Shown here piece after piece: positions 39,579 to 52,674 of a stretch of 64,000 nucleotides of DNA (position 1 is the first letter of the stretch; each line of letters begins with the position of its first letter). Origin of the DNA: Camelus ferus (lineage: Eukaryota). Where the stretch lies: contig NC_045696.1 of the NCBI RefSeq assembly GCF_009834535.1, positions 103,728,001-103,792,000 of the forward strand. Reading direction: 5' to 3'. The notes under the pieces were generated by a model. That model was not told the origin of the DNA. It saw only the letters and a program-made list of their open reading frames with translations, and ran no database searches. A program made the position numbers and the translations under genes.

Positions 39579-42500
39579 AGACAGAATTTACTTTAAAAAG
39601 TTATGGTATGAAAATAGATGTTATTTGTGTATGTGTCTGTGTGTTTGATTTAAATACTTTATGGTATATGGACATTCTTAGTGACTGAAAGTCCAGAAAA
39701 CAAGATGTGACCCTAAACTCAAATTCCATTGAAGAAGAGAGACATTTTCTATCTGAGACAATTGTTTTAAAAGCTGGAGGAGGTTGGGGTGGGACTGAGG
39801 GGATGGATGTTATCCGTGTGAATGGCAATACCCTTTGATCACGAACACTAAATGTGGGAAACATTTCTTGAACTTCTGTGAGAGGAAAATATTTTTCACC
39901 CGGGTAAGCGTTAAGCCTGGGAAGCACCGCGAAGAGGTTTTCCAAGACTGGAGGGCGGCGAGGGAGGGGGATAATAGTTTTAATTAAAGGTGCCATAAAA
40001 CAAATTTGGTGAATTCTTTAATTCCAGAATCAGTAGTAATTTGTTTTTCTTAGGACTGGACACTAGATGTCTCAGTTACATTGAGTCTGCAATGAGAAAA
40101 GAGGAATTTATTTAAAAAGACTGGCACAGAAATGTGAGCTTTGTAATCACATATATTGTAGCTTTTTATTTGGGATGGTGAAGTTTAACTTCAATGAAAC
40201 TTTCTTTGAAATAACGCCACTGATAGCTATTACCTTTAAAATTCTTAACTAAAAACATTGAAATGTCAGTCATGTCTGGCAATTTCCTGGATGAGGAAAT
40301 AAAAAGGAAGATACTTAAAGATTTATTAGAAGACTTAGATGAAAGTGGAATTAGAAATCGGGTACAATCCAGAAATTACTCACTCCCTATAATATAAGAA
40401 AGCAGCTATTTCCACTGAGTAATTTACAAGAAGATTTTTGTTAGTGCAAAACCGGAAAGTGCTCCAGATAAGACAGATGTATTTAAAAGAAGTATAATGT
40501 GGAGGAGCCTAAAGATGATTTTTTAAAATACTGAAATCACTGTTTTTATGCTCCAAGATACCCTTCAAATTCCCTCTGTCTGGGTCTTGTTTTCCTCCAG
40601 CACCAGGGGCAGTTTTCTTGAAGGTGGAGCTCAAGAATCAACCGAATTCTCATGACCACCACACAACTCGCAATTTTTTTTTGTAATGAAAAGTAAAATA
40701 AATGCATAGCTAATTCAACTATAAAATGTTTGTCTGTGTGCTCCTGAAATTATCTTGGGTGCCTCTAGGGGTACACATGCCCTGCTCTTAGGGGAAGTGG
40801 GCTCCTGACTACTGCAGCCTTCCACAGAGACAAGGAGAAAGGATGAGACTAGAAGCAGAACATGGATAGAGGTAGAAAAGAGGCCAAGAGAGTGCAGGAC
40901 AATGAGCACGATCCAGCACACACTTGTTCTACGTTGGGCTCATGGGCTCCTCCCAACCCTGGGAGGGAGGAAAAAGAATGGCTCCCAGTGAACCCAGGGT
41001 GACCCCTGGGGGTGGGGTGGGGTTAATTACAACAGGTGCCACACTCTCTGGCTCTCGGGCCCCGCCCACTTTGCTCCCACTCGCACTCATACCCAGCTCC
41101 TGATGGCTCTCTAACATACACACGCAGGCACAGTCACACCCTGTAGCCAGGGTAGCCTTGGTCCTGCCTCCACGACCGCAGAAAGGGCGGAAATAAAAGG
41201 ATAATTGTTGGTACATGAGCCTCTTAGGTGACATTTTTGGTACTTCCTGGGAAATCACCCCTCGCCCTCAACCTCTGGCCCTCCCGGTCACTGCCCACCC
41301 CCACCCGCCTCCCTCACTGGGCCATTTATCCAGGCGCCTGTGGGTGTGCCCTTGAGGTAGAGCTTGCGAGGGAAGTTGAAGGGGACTCGCTTCTGTTCCC
41401 AGACTGCTGAGTTTCACTGAGAAGGAACAAATGATGACTGTTCTGCAAGGCCAGACAATGAGCTGCTTTCTCCAGAGCCCTGACCTTTACCCAGGAAGAG
41501 GCCAAGCACACTTATCGAGTCTCTGCCTTGGCGGGAGAGGATCTGTGGTAAACAGGGCAAGAAGGCCTTCATTGTCACGGAGGGCCTCCAGAAGCCACCA
41601 GAGATTTTTACAAAGAGCCCCAGCTCGCCTGGTCAATGGCTGCCATCCAATTTTACTATCGAAATGGATTATTTAAAGTTAAACAATAATTTATTTAGTT
41701 GAATTTGGATTGGCCTGGATGATTGCCAGTGACTGCCCATGTGGTCGTCCTATGGCAAACGTGTTGGTTGCTCACTCATAATTCATCTCTTCTTCTGTCC
41801 TCAAAGAGCCTGGGTTTCGTGTGGCCATTTGGTGACCAGAAACCTAGTTCCAGGGGCTAACACTTGGCGTGACCACCTGTTTCCTCTTTGTCAAAGATTG
41901 GTCTAAATTGTGGAGAGCTGAGGGCCTCCGAGGACAGGAGAAAAACCCTGCCTTTTTGCCCTTTCTTCTTGCTTTTGGACTCATGTAAGGGCCCGATACT
42001 TGGACTTGCTTTGGCCGTCTTCTGTGTGTGAGGGTAGATGTAACAGACAGAGCTGACAGATGTGAATAAAGGCCTGAGTCCTTGTTGACACAACTGAGCT
42101 ACAGAATTGCTTACTGAGACTTCTTGTTAAGTTGGTTTTTCTCTGGGTTGCAATTCAAAGCATCTGAATTAATATATATAAATATACACATATCTTTTCT
42201 CCCAGGAGATCTAACATTATTAGGCATAAAGCAAACCCTTCAGCAAACAATTTATTAACACTCTGGTATCATTATGGCTTAAAGCAATGACTCCAGAGAA
42301 TTTCCAGGGAGTCTGATTGTGCAGTTATACTACAGAGGAACTGGAAATTGATTTGAACAATAAACATCAGGTTGGACGACCAGGGAGTCCCTATCCTGTT
42401 AAGACGACAGCCTGCTTACCTCAGAAATGGCCTTCTTCTTTGTTTAGTTCTTTTTCTTTCCCTGAATGATTTGGAACAGAGATCCATCCATCCATCTATC

Positions 42501-42958
42501 CAGCATATATCTATTAAATCCCCTCCATGTGAGCATTTGCTCAGATTGTGGCTGTGATGGGGTCCCCTGGTGCGCTGTGACAAGTGTGGCAGTGCTGTGG
42601 GCCACGGGAGTTTTGGCCCACAGCCTCCTGCTCTCAATGCTGGGCTCTCTTGGAGGCAGTGTCAAGGCAGCCCCTGGAGGATCTCAGCCTAACAAAAAGG
42701 TTTATCCCACGCCAGTCATGTAGGGCCGTGCCGCAGGTACAGGGTAAGAGACCTTCTGCAGTTGTGATATAGGGGCTATTGCATCAAAACACGCTGAATG
42801 GGTGTCATTGGCTTGGAAGACGTCTCAGAGGAGAGACTTAAAAAATGCTGCCCCACTAACAGTTACTGGACAGATAAGGACACACATGCAGAGAGGACAA
42901 GTCACTTGTTTTACGCATATTCAATCCGTCACACTGTCCACTTGAGATTTGCACTCTT

Positions 42959-43082
42959 TTTTATTTTTTTTCTCTTTAATGGAGGGACTGGGGATTGAAC
43001 CCAGGACCTTGTGCATGCTAAGCACATGCTCTACCGCTGAGCTATACCCCCACCCCCCAATAAAATATACTCCCACTCCCCA
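42959..43082 (-). mobile_element. tRNA-derived SINE (Vic-1-like)
   Basis: Reverse-strand head. Perfect 14-bp TSD agatttgcactctt at 42945-42958 and 43083-43096. Confidence 0.92.
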
Positions 43083-43589
43083 AGATTTGCACTCTTCAGT
43101 TTGGGTATGTTTTTTCTTCAATAAAAAAGTAAAAAAAGAACAGAAGAAATAAAATGACTAGATATTTGTTACCATCACGCAGAGAAAGGAATAAAGGCAG
43201 AACTTTGAATAAAGGGCAAATTAGCGATACTTTACACATTTAAATTAGTAATGATGGGAATGATCCAATTAATTTACCATCCTTCTCCAGCTGGAATCTC
43301 TTTTAGATCTTAAGTTGAAGTTTCAACGAGATGATTCTAAATGTGTGTTGTTTTCTGCAGGTCAGGTGATATGCATTGGAAACACTGGTATCTCAGGGTT
43401 GATCTTAGAGTTCAAATTCATACTTTGAAGGTGTTGGCTCCCACTCTGGGGTCAGGAATGGGCACCAAGATTCAGAATGGTCTGGATGTTGGTTAAAGAA
43501 TAATCTCCAGTGATCTTTGGAGCCTGAGCAGCTTGCCTTGGCTGATCAGGTTTATCTCAAATGAACCTCAGTCAGGAATCCTAAGGTAT

Positions 43590-44220
43590 CAGATGTCAGA
43601 ACTTGCTCAGAGAACCCAGGAGTGCAGTTCTAAAAAGGCACAAGAGGAGCTCAATGGGCCACTGAAGATCTGGGAGTAGCATGAACTTCAGGCATGGCTG
43701 GATTCAGGGCTCAAACAATGTCATCAGGACTCCATTTCCCTCCACTTTGAGGTTCTTCCACTGAGACAGTCATGATCGCAGGAGCTCCCAGGTGGCCCCA
43801 CTCAGCTCCAGGTTTTCCCTCTTGCTGGCAAGAAAGAGGCAGTGTCTCCAGACTGAATTTCCTCAGCTCCAAGTCCAGTCAGGAGAGAACCACACCTTCT
43901 TCTTCTTCTTCTTCTTCTCCTTCTCCTTCTCCTCATTCTCCTTCGTCGTCTTCGTCATCTTCTTCTTCTTTAAATTATTTTTTGTTTATTTAAATGAAGG
44001 TACTGGGGCTTGAACCCAGGACCTGACGCATGCTAGGCATGCGCTCTACCACTGAGCTACACCCTCCCCCTAACACCTTCTGTTTACAGCACTGCCACGA
44101 GTCGTTAAGTCTCATTGGCTCTGAGTGGGTCACATGCACATTGCTGAGCCAATCACTGTGACCATGGAAATGCAGTGTATTGATTGGCTTAGGCTGAGGT
44201 CACATGCTTCTTCCTCAGCA
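43590..44220. mobile_element. Old MaLR LTR (MLT1J/K-like) split by a SINE
   Basis: ggcatggctggattcagggctcaaacaatgtcatcagg and ctcattggc...ggtcacatgc...gagccaatcactgtg motifs. Confidence 0.65.
43901..44071 (-). mobile_element. tRNA-derived SINE (Vic-1-like) with a (GAA)n-derived tail
   Basis: Head at 43995-44070, (TTC)n/(TCG)n run at 43897-43970, repeat acaccttct at 43892-43900 and 44073-44081. Confidence 0.88.
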
Positions 44221-45441
44221 CTCTTCTGGAAAGGACAGCTTCCTCCCCTTCCCATAGGGTTTCCTGCTGCCACTGTGCCTCTGTATTTCCTGCTGGTTTC
44301 ATAGGATCATCACACATCTATTGCCCAGTGGCTGTGAGGTGCAGTTACCTGGCTGCCTGTGTGGGGAACAGACCACATATCCTAATGGCTTATGAAGTTT
44401 GTATTCTCACCCGGCCTCTGAGACTGGCAGCATCTTGGAGACACGAGGTGGGTGCTACCCTGTGGCAATTCAATGGTTTGTAGGTGCTCTACTACTTCTT
44501 CCCTCATCCTGCAAGTGCAGTTTCCTCTCCATCCTTCATGCATAGATAGCCCCTAGTGGCATCTCTTTGCTCTATTGGTGGCCACTTGAGAATGCTGGCA
44601 GTTCAGTCCATTGTCTCTGGCTATTGTCCATGGCTAGCTTTTGGCCCACAGGTAGCCCTCATAGATGCTTCTCATTCTTTGCAAGCAGTCCACAGGCAAT
44701 TTCTTTTTTCACTCTTTTGGGTGTACCACACCATTCCATACCATGGCACCCATCCTTACTCTATACGGGTCTTTGCACGTAACCATGGCTGTGTGTGTAT
44801 ATATGAGCAGTGGGTAAGAAGCAAGTGTAACTAGTTTACAGAATGGGGAACACCTGGTCAGGTACAACCCAGGGTTAAAGCAGATCCTGATGTCCTGCTA
44901 TTGTCTGTCTCGTTCTGAGTATTAACTTAATATTAATGTAAAGCCCCTTAGGTGGGGATATCCAAAGGTGGGTACTGCTGGGAAAAGGTGCTGATAGCAT
45001 GCACACACTTGGTCCGTGCAACAACGACTTTCACTTCCTTCAATAAGCTAAGCAGGGAGCGAGTTAATGGAAAGGGGCTGGAATGGGGCAGACACAACCT
45101 TATTGGGATGGGCTGGCCTGCTGAGTCCCAACTGGAGCGACAGTGACCTCTGCTGGCAAGATTTTCCCCTCTGGTCCACACAAGGGTTAGAGTCTTCTCC
45201 AGGTTTGTGTGTCTGTTCCATGTTCTTTCAGAGAGATGCCTCAGATTGATCTCAGAGAGGGTAGGGCAGAATGGGCATTCACGCTAAAAATTTTACTAGG
45301 GGGTTAGAGGTTACAGCAGCCAGGAGTTTAAGCATAGATCCCATTCTGCCTCCACCAGCTTATTTCCATTACTCATTTTCCAGATATATGCATGTTTTCT
45401 TCCTTTTTAAAAAAATGCTTTTCTCAAAAAGGACATATTTA

Positions 45442-45602
45442 TTTATTGTTTTAAAAGCCTTTTTTTTTTACTTTATTACATTATGGGGGTAATTAGGTTT
45501 ATTTATTTAATTAATTAATTTTTTAAATGGAGGTACTGGGGATTGAACCCAGGACCTTGTGCATGCTAAGCAAGCACCCTACCACTGAACTATACCCTTC
45601 CC
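45442..45602 (-). mobile_element. tRNA-derived SINE (Vic-1-like)
   Basis: Typical head. Perfect 17-bp TSD caaaaaggacatattta at 45425-45441 and 45603-45619. Confidence 0.92.
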
Positions 45603-47216
45603 CAAAAAGGACATATTTAAAAAACACGTTTCATAGAAACAAGTTTACAAAATGTCTTCAGAATAACATATTTGCAAAGCGAGGTGAAAACACTCTATCA
45701 AAACAAGTTCACTTTTGCACGTGTGTGGGTCAGGGGCTGAGGCGTCCTTTACAAACACCTCTACCAAATCACACATGTCACATTGCCACACGTCAGCTCA
45801 CCCACAGAGACACGTGAAACGCTGTCATTGGGTAAGGCCTGAGCCTGCCTCTACACCTGGCAGACTTTTTAATAACTGCCCAGGGACATCAGTCATGGGA
45901 GACTCTGGGGTAGAAGGCTGGACAGCCAAGTAGAAGCCATTATGACAGGTTTCAAGGGTCACCCTGATGCAGAGTTACTGACTAAGCAGCTGTTGTCCCC
46001 GTGGGACCACACGGTGGGCACTTGAGGGCCTCTGCCAGCCCACCCGCCTTCTCTGCTTATGGATCATGGTTTGCCTTGGGATTGGGCCTCTGCAGCCATC
46101 TTCTACAAGGGCTCTGTCCCGTTAACCAGAATTCAACAGACCAGGAGGAAACTGACCAAGGGGAACCCATTCCTTCCATGGGGTGTGGGGGAGGGTGAGA
46201 ACCAGATTTCCTTTTCCTGAAATTGGCAGTTAGGACACAGGGTCGGCAGTCATTCTCTGATGGAGACTGTGCCTGTCCTGTAGGGCCGGCCAGCATCCTC
46301 CACTGCAGGCAGAGAGAGTCGAACAAAGGGGACACGAGGGAGGCACAGAGATGAGGTGATGTGGAGAGAAGGATGCTTCTGCTTTCTGATTTCAGTTCGC
46401 AGTCATTCTCCCATAAGCTCTGTCATATCTTCTTGTCTCCCTCCCACACTCCATTTTATTCAAACAACAAAAGCCCCCCAAACACGTGCACTTCTATTTA
46501 GTTTGCTTGTGATACAGAGCAAAGTAATTCTGAAACTTTGGCTTGAGAGCTCAGAATTTGAATTGATCCAAACTACAAGGAACCCTCAGAGCAGAGTGAG
46601 GCCTCTGTTAATTGGATTTTCTGGATAAACGTGAGGTCAGCAGAAAACTGTTGTTCTGTTTGCTTTCATCTTTGATATAAAAATCTATCTAAAATGCATG
46701 AGTAAAGAAAAGGCGGGAAACAACTAAAATGTCTGTCCATAGGAGACTGGTTAGGGATTCACCCAGGGAGTGGCATCATGCAGGCATTAAAAGAAGACGA
46801 CAGACCCAGGTGCCCCACCATGGAATTTTCTCCATAATAAACAAACTAAATGAAGAATTGAATGCTGTGAGGAATGTGTAAGGAAAAAAAAGGAAATAAA
46901 AATATGTAAGTTCATAAGTACACATACATACATGCTTGGATATACACAAGATATCTGTCGAAAGGTAGCCAAGATCTGGAACAGTACATGCCTCTGGGGA
47001 GAAACCTGGGGGCAGAATGAGAGGGAAATTTATTTTTCTCTGTGTGTCCTTTTGTGCTATTTGAAAAAAAATTTTTAATTGTGTACTTTAGCTCTTTAAA
47101 TCCGGATGTAATACATAAGCACACAAATGCATTTGCCTACTTTCCACTTCTAAAGTACAGAGCAGTAGTTTCCCTTAGCCAGGAGAGTTCCTGGAAACTG
47201 GAATAGAAAGATCTTT

Positions 47217-47356
47217 TTTAAGTGGCAGGGGAGGTAATTAGGTTTGTTAATTAAACGAATTAATTAATTATTTTGACGGAGGGACCGGGGATTGAACCCA
47301 GGACCTTGTGCATGCTAAGTACACACTGTACCACTGAGCTATACCCTCCCCACCAC
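47217..47356 (-). mobile_element. tRNA-derived SINE (Vic-1-like)
   Basis: Typical head and tail. TSD agatcttt at 47209-47216 and 47357-47364. Confidence 0.9.
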
Positions 47357-47852
47357 AGATCTTTATAAACACCCACACAGCTGGGGCCACGTATTCTAAC
47401 GTGTTCCTTTCATTGGTAAAAGTCATTGAGTGCTCTGATAAAGATGGTGAGAAGTGAGGGCCCAGCGTTCCTGGGGCAGCAGGGAAGTGGGAGGGGTGGT
47501 TCTGAGTATCAGCAAGTCGGTATCCAAGGTGGAGGGGCTGCCAGTCAACTGGGTTCTCATTTCCTACGTGGATTCTCATCGCTCAGTTTGAAGTCCTTGG
47601 GACTGTGGGGCCTTTTGCATCTATTAAACAGTGAAAACAACACCACCTTTCCAGGTTCTTCTGAGGAATGAAGACAAAAGCTCTCCTAGCCCAGACTCGC
47701 ACAGCCTGGCTAGATGTTTCCTCATGGCTCAGGGGCCGGTGGTGGAAAGTCAGCAGTCCCATTCATTGTTTCAAACTTAAATTGGCGACTTTGTTCTACT
47801 TGTGTCACGGCTGCTGATGCCCCGTTTCTTTCTGAATAGCCTCTTCCCCATG

Positions 47853-47945
47853 AGGGTGACCAATCATCCTGGTTTTCCTGAGACTGTCCTGGTTTCACAC
47901 TGAAAGTCCAGCATCTTGCGAATAGCCTCCTTCCCGGGCACACCT
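47853..47945. mobile_element. MER94-like hAT-Blackjack fragment
   Basis: agggtgaccaatcatcctggttttcctgagactgtcctggtttcacactgaaagtcc matches the recalled MER94. Confidence 0.65.
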
Positions 47946-49394
47946 TAGAATGGGGAATCAGCACTTTTTGTAGGTGACTCACGTTTGGGAGCTCTGTGCT
48001 GATGCTGGAGACATAGAGCTAAATAAGTCAGCTCTGGGCTCGGCCTGGAGGGGCTAGTCGTCTGAGAGGAGGGATAGAGTTGAAAATGGGTGATCCCGGA
48101 GAGCTGAGTAGGATGGAGGTGGAGGCCAGCAGAGGTCTGCGGGGCTGTTTCACACAACACTGCAACCAAGATCCTTTTAGAGGGGCTTTTGACCTAGATG
48201 TTGAGAAATGATTATTCCTATGGATGGGGGTGGGGTGGGGGTGGGAATGGACATTTGCATCCCATGGCCCGGAGCTTGCACACAGACATAGGTATTTTGG
48301 GGATTGGTGACAGCACCCTCCTCACCCCAACATATTCGCAGGGTTGGAGGCAATCACACAGATGGCGGCCTATATATCATGCATCAAAATATTTAAAAGT
48401 TACAAATCAGGCTGATAAGCTCTAAATGAAAAATGCTCTATTCTCCCATGACAAACATACCTTCTTAACAACCTAGAAGGCCAGGTTTGCACCTGAAATT
48501 CCCAGGTTCTTTGGTATTTGGGCTGGAATGAGCCAGCACAGGGAAGCTGGGCTCTGGTCTCCCTCCCATCCCTTCCTGTCCTCTCCCCTGCTCCTTCCCA
48601 CACTGCTGGGGGCCTCACGTGGACCCTGAAACTACATCCCAAACTCTGGCCACATCCCCTGCAAACAGTGGCCGCTTGCCCATCCATGGGACCTGGGGGA
48701 GTGACACAGGCAGGAAAGAACCCAGGGTGAGCCCTGGAAGGGGATAGGGAATTCTCAGGACCTGGATACTCAGAGTGGGCTCTGGGGGATGGCACAGACT
48801 CCGGGAGGCACATCTCTGTTGGCCCTGCAGACTCTTTTCCTGGGGGGAGGAGCCTCTGGAGGAGGCCAGGGCTGGGCTCTCTTGCCTGGTGTGAGAAGGA
48901 TGCTGAGTGGTGAGCAGTTCCCAGTGGCTGAAATGTTGTCATATGAGCATGAGCAACAGCAGAGGAGGAGGCTCCTTCCCATTATGATGAGAGATGGCAG
49001 AAAACAGTGGCTCCGAATTCTTACTGTTGGTCTTTCAGAGGAGAAACAGCAGAAAAGACCTGGGACATGGCCCGCCGCCCTTCCCACTCTCTGCATTTAC
49101 ACAGAAGCTCAGCACATCTGAAACAGTGTATGTGGCCTGACCTTTTAGCCCAGTAAAATCGAAAAGCTAGAAATGAATAGGACCTAAGCTATACACTGTC
49201 TCAGGTTGTCAGAGTTCGAGAGAGAGAAACTGGTCACTTGGGAACAAGTCCGCTTCTCTCTGGTAACAGCGCATGGCTCAGATGAAGTGAGTAAGCTTTT
49301 TGAAGCAGAGATGCCATTTCCTTGTCCTTCTAGGGAGGGGCCAGAACATGTACAAAGTAAGCCAAGACCCGGACTCTCAGGGCAATGGCGTTGT

Positions 49395-49410
49395 ACAGCA
49401 GGGGGCGCTG
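49395..49410 (+). promoter_or_regulatory. Candidate CTCF site
   Basis: aCAGCAGGGGGCGCTG: one mismatch to the CCAGCAGGGGGCGC core. Motif evidence only. Confidence 0.5.
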
Positions 49411-50002
49411 AAGGAGCTTGAAAAGCCTTTCTGACGCTGCCCTCCACCTGCATGCTAACTCCCTGCTCCGAGCCCTAGGCGCCCCCATGTCTGACCCTTT
49501 TGAGTAGATAACTAAAAGTTTCAGATTTCAGTTACTTAAAGCAAAAAACAACACACGCATACAGTTTTCCAATTCCTGACTGGAGAGACAGAAACAAAAT
49601 TCTGAAGTCTTCCATTTGCTTTGGGCTGCGCAAGACCGTACTTTCACCCCCAACATAAAAAGAGCCTTGTTTAGATTGTCCTTGAAATTTGACCCAGTTT
49701 GTACTCATTTCTTTCCATTGATAGTATTTTTAGAATTTCTCCCTCTCTCTCACATTCCTGACCGATAACCCCAGGACCTCTCTGGGTCTACTATGAGTAA
49801 CACTGTGCTCGTAACCACCGCAGTTTTCCTGTGAGAGCCTGTGCTGTGCTCTTGGGCTCCAGACCCTTTGGCCTCTCCTAGCAAGCTCTGAAACTCAACT
49901 ACCTGGGGTTCACTCTGTTTCTCTGCAGCTGGTAAGCTGTGTGACCTTGAGTGAATTACTTAACCTCTCTGTGCCTTGGTTTTCCCACTGGGAATTATCT
50001 CT

Positions 50003-50295
50003 TGCAGTAGCTTGTCTCCGAGGATGGCTGCCATCCATTCCTTTCCTCCCTGTACGTGCCTGCCACTCCCGTGTTGAGAAGCGGAGTCCATTCCTCCACC
50101 TTCTTGCATGTGGGCTGGGCTGTGACTGTCTTGATGCAGTGCAGTCCAGCCCTTAGATGACTCCGCCACACCACTGTCTGACTACAACTACATGAGATGC
50201 CCGCTCAGCTGACCCCAGTCAAACCACAGAAGATGTGAAATAGTAATAATGGCTGTGTTAAGCCACTAAGTTTTGTGGCAAAAGATGACCACACT
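50003..50295 (+). mobile_element. MaLR LTR remnant (MLT1G/H-like) inside a MIR (~49885-51750)
   Basis: gatggctgccatc...cctccctgtacgtg...ggagtccattcctcc...gggctgggctgtgact and ttaagccactaagtttt. MIR halves lie on both sides. Confidence 0.65.
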
Positions 50296-50353
50296 AAGCA
50301 TCCGTGGGGATGATGATAATTAGGTCTGTCTCACAGGATCGAAATGAGGATTA

Positions 50354-51690
50354 TTTATTTGTTGAAGTATACTCAGTTTACAATGCTGTGTTAGTTTCTA
50401 GTTTACCGCATAGTGATTCAGTTATACATATATATATATATATATATATTCTTTTTCATATTCTTCTTAATTATAGGCTATTACAAGTTATTGAAGATAG
50501 TTCCCTGTGCTATACAGTAGGACCTTGCTGTTTATCTATTTTATATACAGTTGTTAGTATCTACAAATCCCTAACTCCCAATTTATCCCTCCACCCCTTC
50601 TTGCCTCCCTGGTAACCACAAGTTTGTTTTCTATGTCTGTGAGTCTGTTTCTGCTTTGTAAATAAGTTCATTTGTGTCTTTTTTTTTTTTTTAAAGATTC
50701 CACATATAAGTGATATTATAATGGGATTTTTCTTTCTCTTTCTGGCTTACTTCACTTAGTATCTCCAGGTCCATCCATGTTGCTGCAAATGGCATTATTT
50801 TATTATTTTTTATTGTTGAGTAGTATTCATTGTATACATATACCACAGCTTCTTTATCCTGTCATCTGTTGATGGACATTTATTTTGCTTCCATGTCTTG
50901 GTTATTGTAAATAGTGCTGCTATGAAAACTAAGATGCATGTATCTTTTCGAATTAGAGTTCTCTCCGGGTATATGCCCAGGAGTGGGATTGCTGGATCAT
51001 ATGGTAAGTCTATTTTTAGTTTTTTAAGGAATTTCTATATTATTTTCCATAATGGCTGCACCAAACTACATTCTCATCAACAGTGTAGGAGGGTTCCTTT
51101 TTTTCCACACTCTCTCCATCATTTTTTGTTTATGGACTTTTGAATGATGGCCATTCTGACTATCGTAGGGTGATACCTCATTGTAGTTTTGATTTGCATT
51201 TCTCTAATAGTTAGCGATAGTGAACATTTTTTCATGTGTCTATTGGCCATTTGTATAATGGAGAAATATTTGCTTAGGTCTTTTGCTCATTTCTTTGATT
51301 GGGTTGTTTTTGTTGTTGTTGTTGTTTTGTTATTGAATTGAATGAGCTGTTTGTAAATTCTGGAAATTAAGCCCTTGTCAGTCTCATCACTTGCAAATAT
51401 TTTCTCCCATTCTGTAGGTTGTCTTTTCATTTTGTTTATAGTTTCCTTTGCTATGCAGAAGTTTATGAGTTTAATTAGGTCCCATTTGTTTATTGTTGCT
51501 TTTATTTCTGTTGCCTTGGTAGACTGCCCTGGGAAAACATTACTAAGATTTATGTTGAAGAATATTTTGCCTATGTTTTCTTCTAGGAGGTTTATAGTGT
51601 CTTGTCTTATGTTTAAGTCTTTAAGCCATTTTGAGTTTATTTTTGTGTATGGTGTGAGGGAGTGTTCTAATTTCATTGACTTACGTGATC
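50354..51690 (-). mobile_element. 5'-truncated L1, ~1.3 kb (ORF2 C-terminus and 3'UTR), inserted in a MIR
   Basis: ORF 51287-51712 ([18 protein letters not shown]...KWDLIKL) is L1 ORF2. TSD tgaggatta at 50345-50353 and 51691-51699. Confidence 0.93.
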
Positions 51691-51942
51691 TGAGGATTAA
51701 ATGAGTTAACATTTCTTAGAGACTTAGTGCAGTGCATGGCAATACTAGCTGCCGTATAAGAACACGTTGAATGAAAAAGTGAGTGACCAAGACCCTGAGG
51801 GTTTTAGAGTCTCAAGCTAATAAACACTCTTTTCGAGGAAAGCACAATACTTACCATCCCAGTCTCTGGTCTTCCAAAAATACCTTAGTCCATGTAGGGT
51901 CAGTTGTTGATGGCGAAAACAGTATCTTTTTTTTTAAGGACC

Positions 51943-52116
51943 TTTTTTTTTTTTTTTTTTTTTAGTTGAAGTATAGTTGATTTACAATGTTGTATTAGTT
52001 TCAGGTGTACAGCAAAGTGATCAGTTATATAGAGATTATTACAAGCTATTGAATATAGTCCCCTGTACTATACAGTAGGTCCTTGTTGTTTATCTATTTT
52101 ATATATAATAGTGTGC
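51943..52116 (-). mobile_element. Short L1 3' fragment with poly(A)
   Basis: T-run followed by gttgaagtatagttgatttacaatgttg...ccctgtactatacagtagg. Confidence 0.85.
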
Positions 52117-52674
52117 ATAGAAAACAGTTTCTTAAAAACCCAAAAGCTAAGCGTTGGTCCCATCTCTCTGAGCCTGGGCAAGCCCACAGGCTTCCCTCTG
52201 CCTCCATGTCCACATCTTTCAAATAAAGACAGTCATCACTGCCACCACAACAGGACTGTTGTGAGGGTCGAATATGAAAATGGTTGTGAAAGATCTTTGA
52301 GGAACATAGATTCTTTAGCTTTCCTGAGACACCTCATGTCTGACCCTCTATTAGTGTCTATCAGACACTGAGGTCTGTATGTCCTTAAATGAAACCCAGG
52401 CTCCCCAGTTCTTGGCTATAATCAGTCTCTCACCAGTACCCTCAGTTTCCTTGCCTCTTCATCCTTTGTTCTACCCAGCATGGTGGAATCCTGCTTTCCA
52501 AATCTTAGGTTCCACTTACAGCTGCCTCTCTGTCCTTCTTCTCCCCTTCAGAGCTATGCTTCTTGAAAGAAGAGTCTCACTCCCTGTCTCCACCTCCACT
52601 CATGCATCTGCTCCCCCCAGTTCCCACCCTCACCACCACACTGGAGCTCCTGCTGCCAGGAAACTGGTTGAGTC

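Noticed and set aside
40263..40397. 44-aa ORF MSVMSGNFLDEEIKRKILKDLLEDLDESG..., looks helical and protein-like
   Set aside because: No family recognised, and no poly(A), TSD or splice support. A tblastn or Dfam search would be needed.
44245..44850. Possible ancient LTR or retroviral remnant (also ~24430-25450)
   Set aside because: No termini or coding motif could be assigned by eye.
161..47356. tRNA-Ala genes at the nine tRNA-like heads
   Set aside because: All have AT-rich tails, most have TSDs, and the stems are degenerate. They are SINEs.
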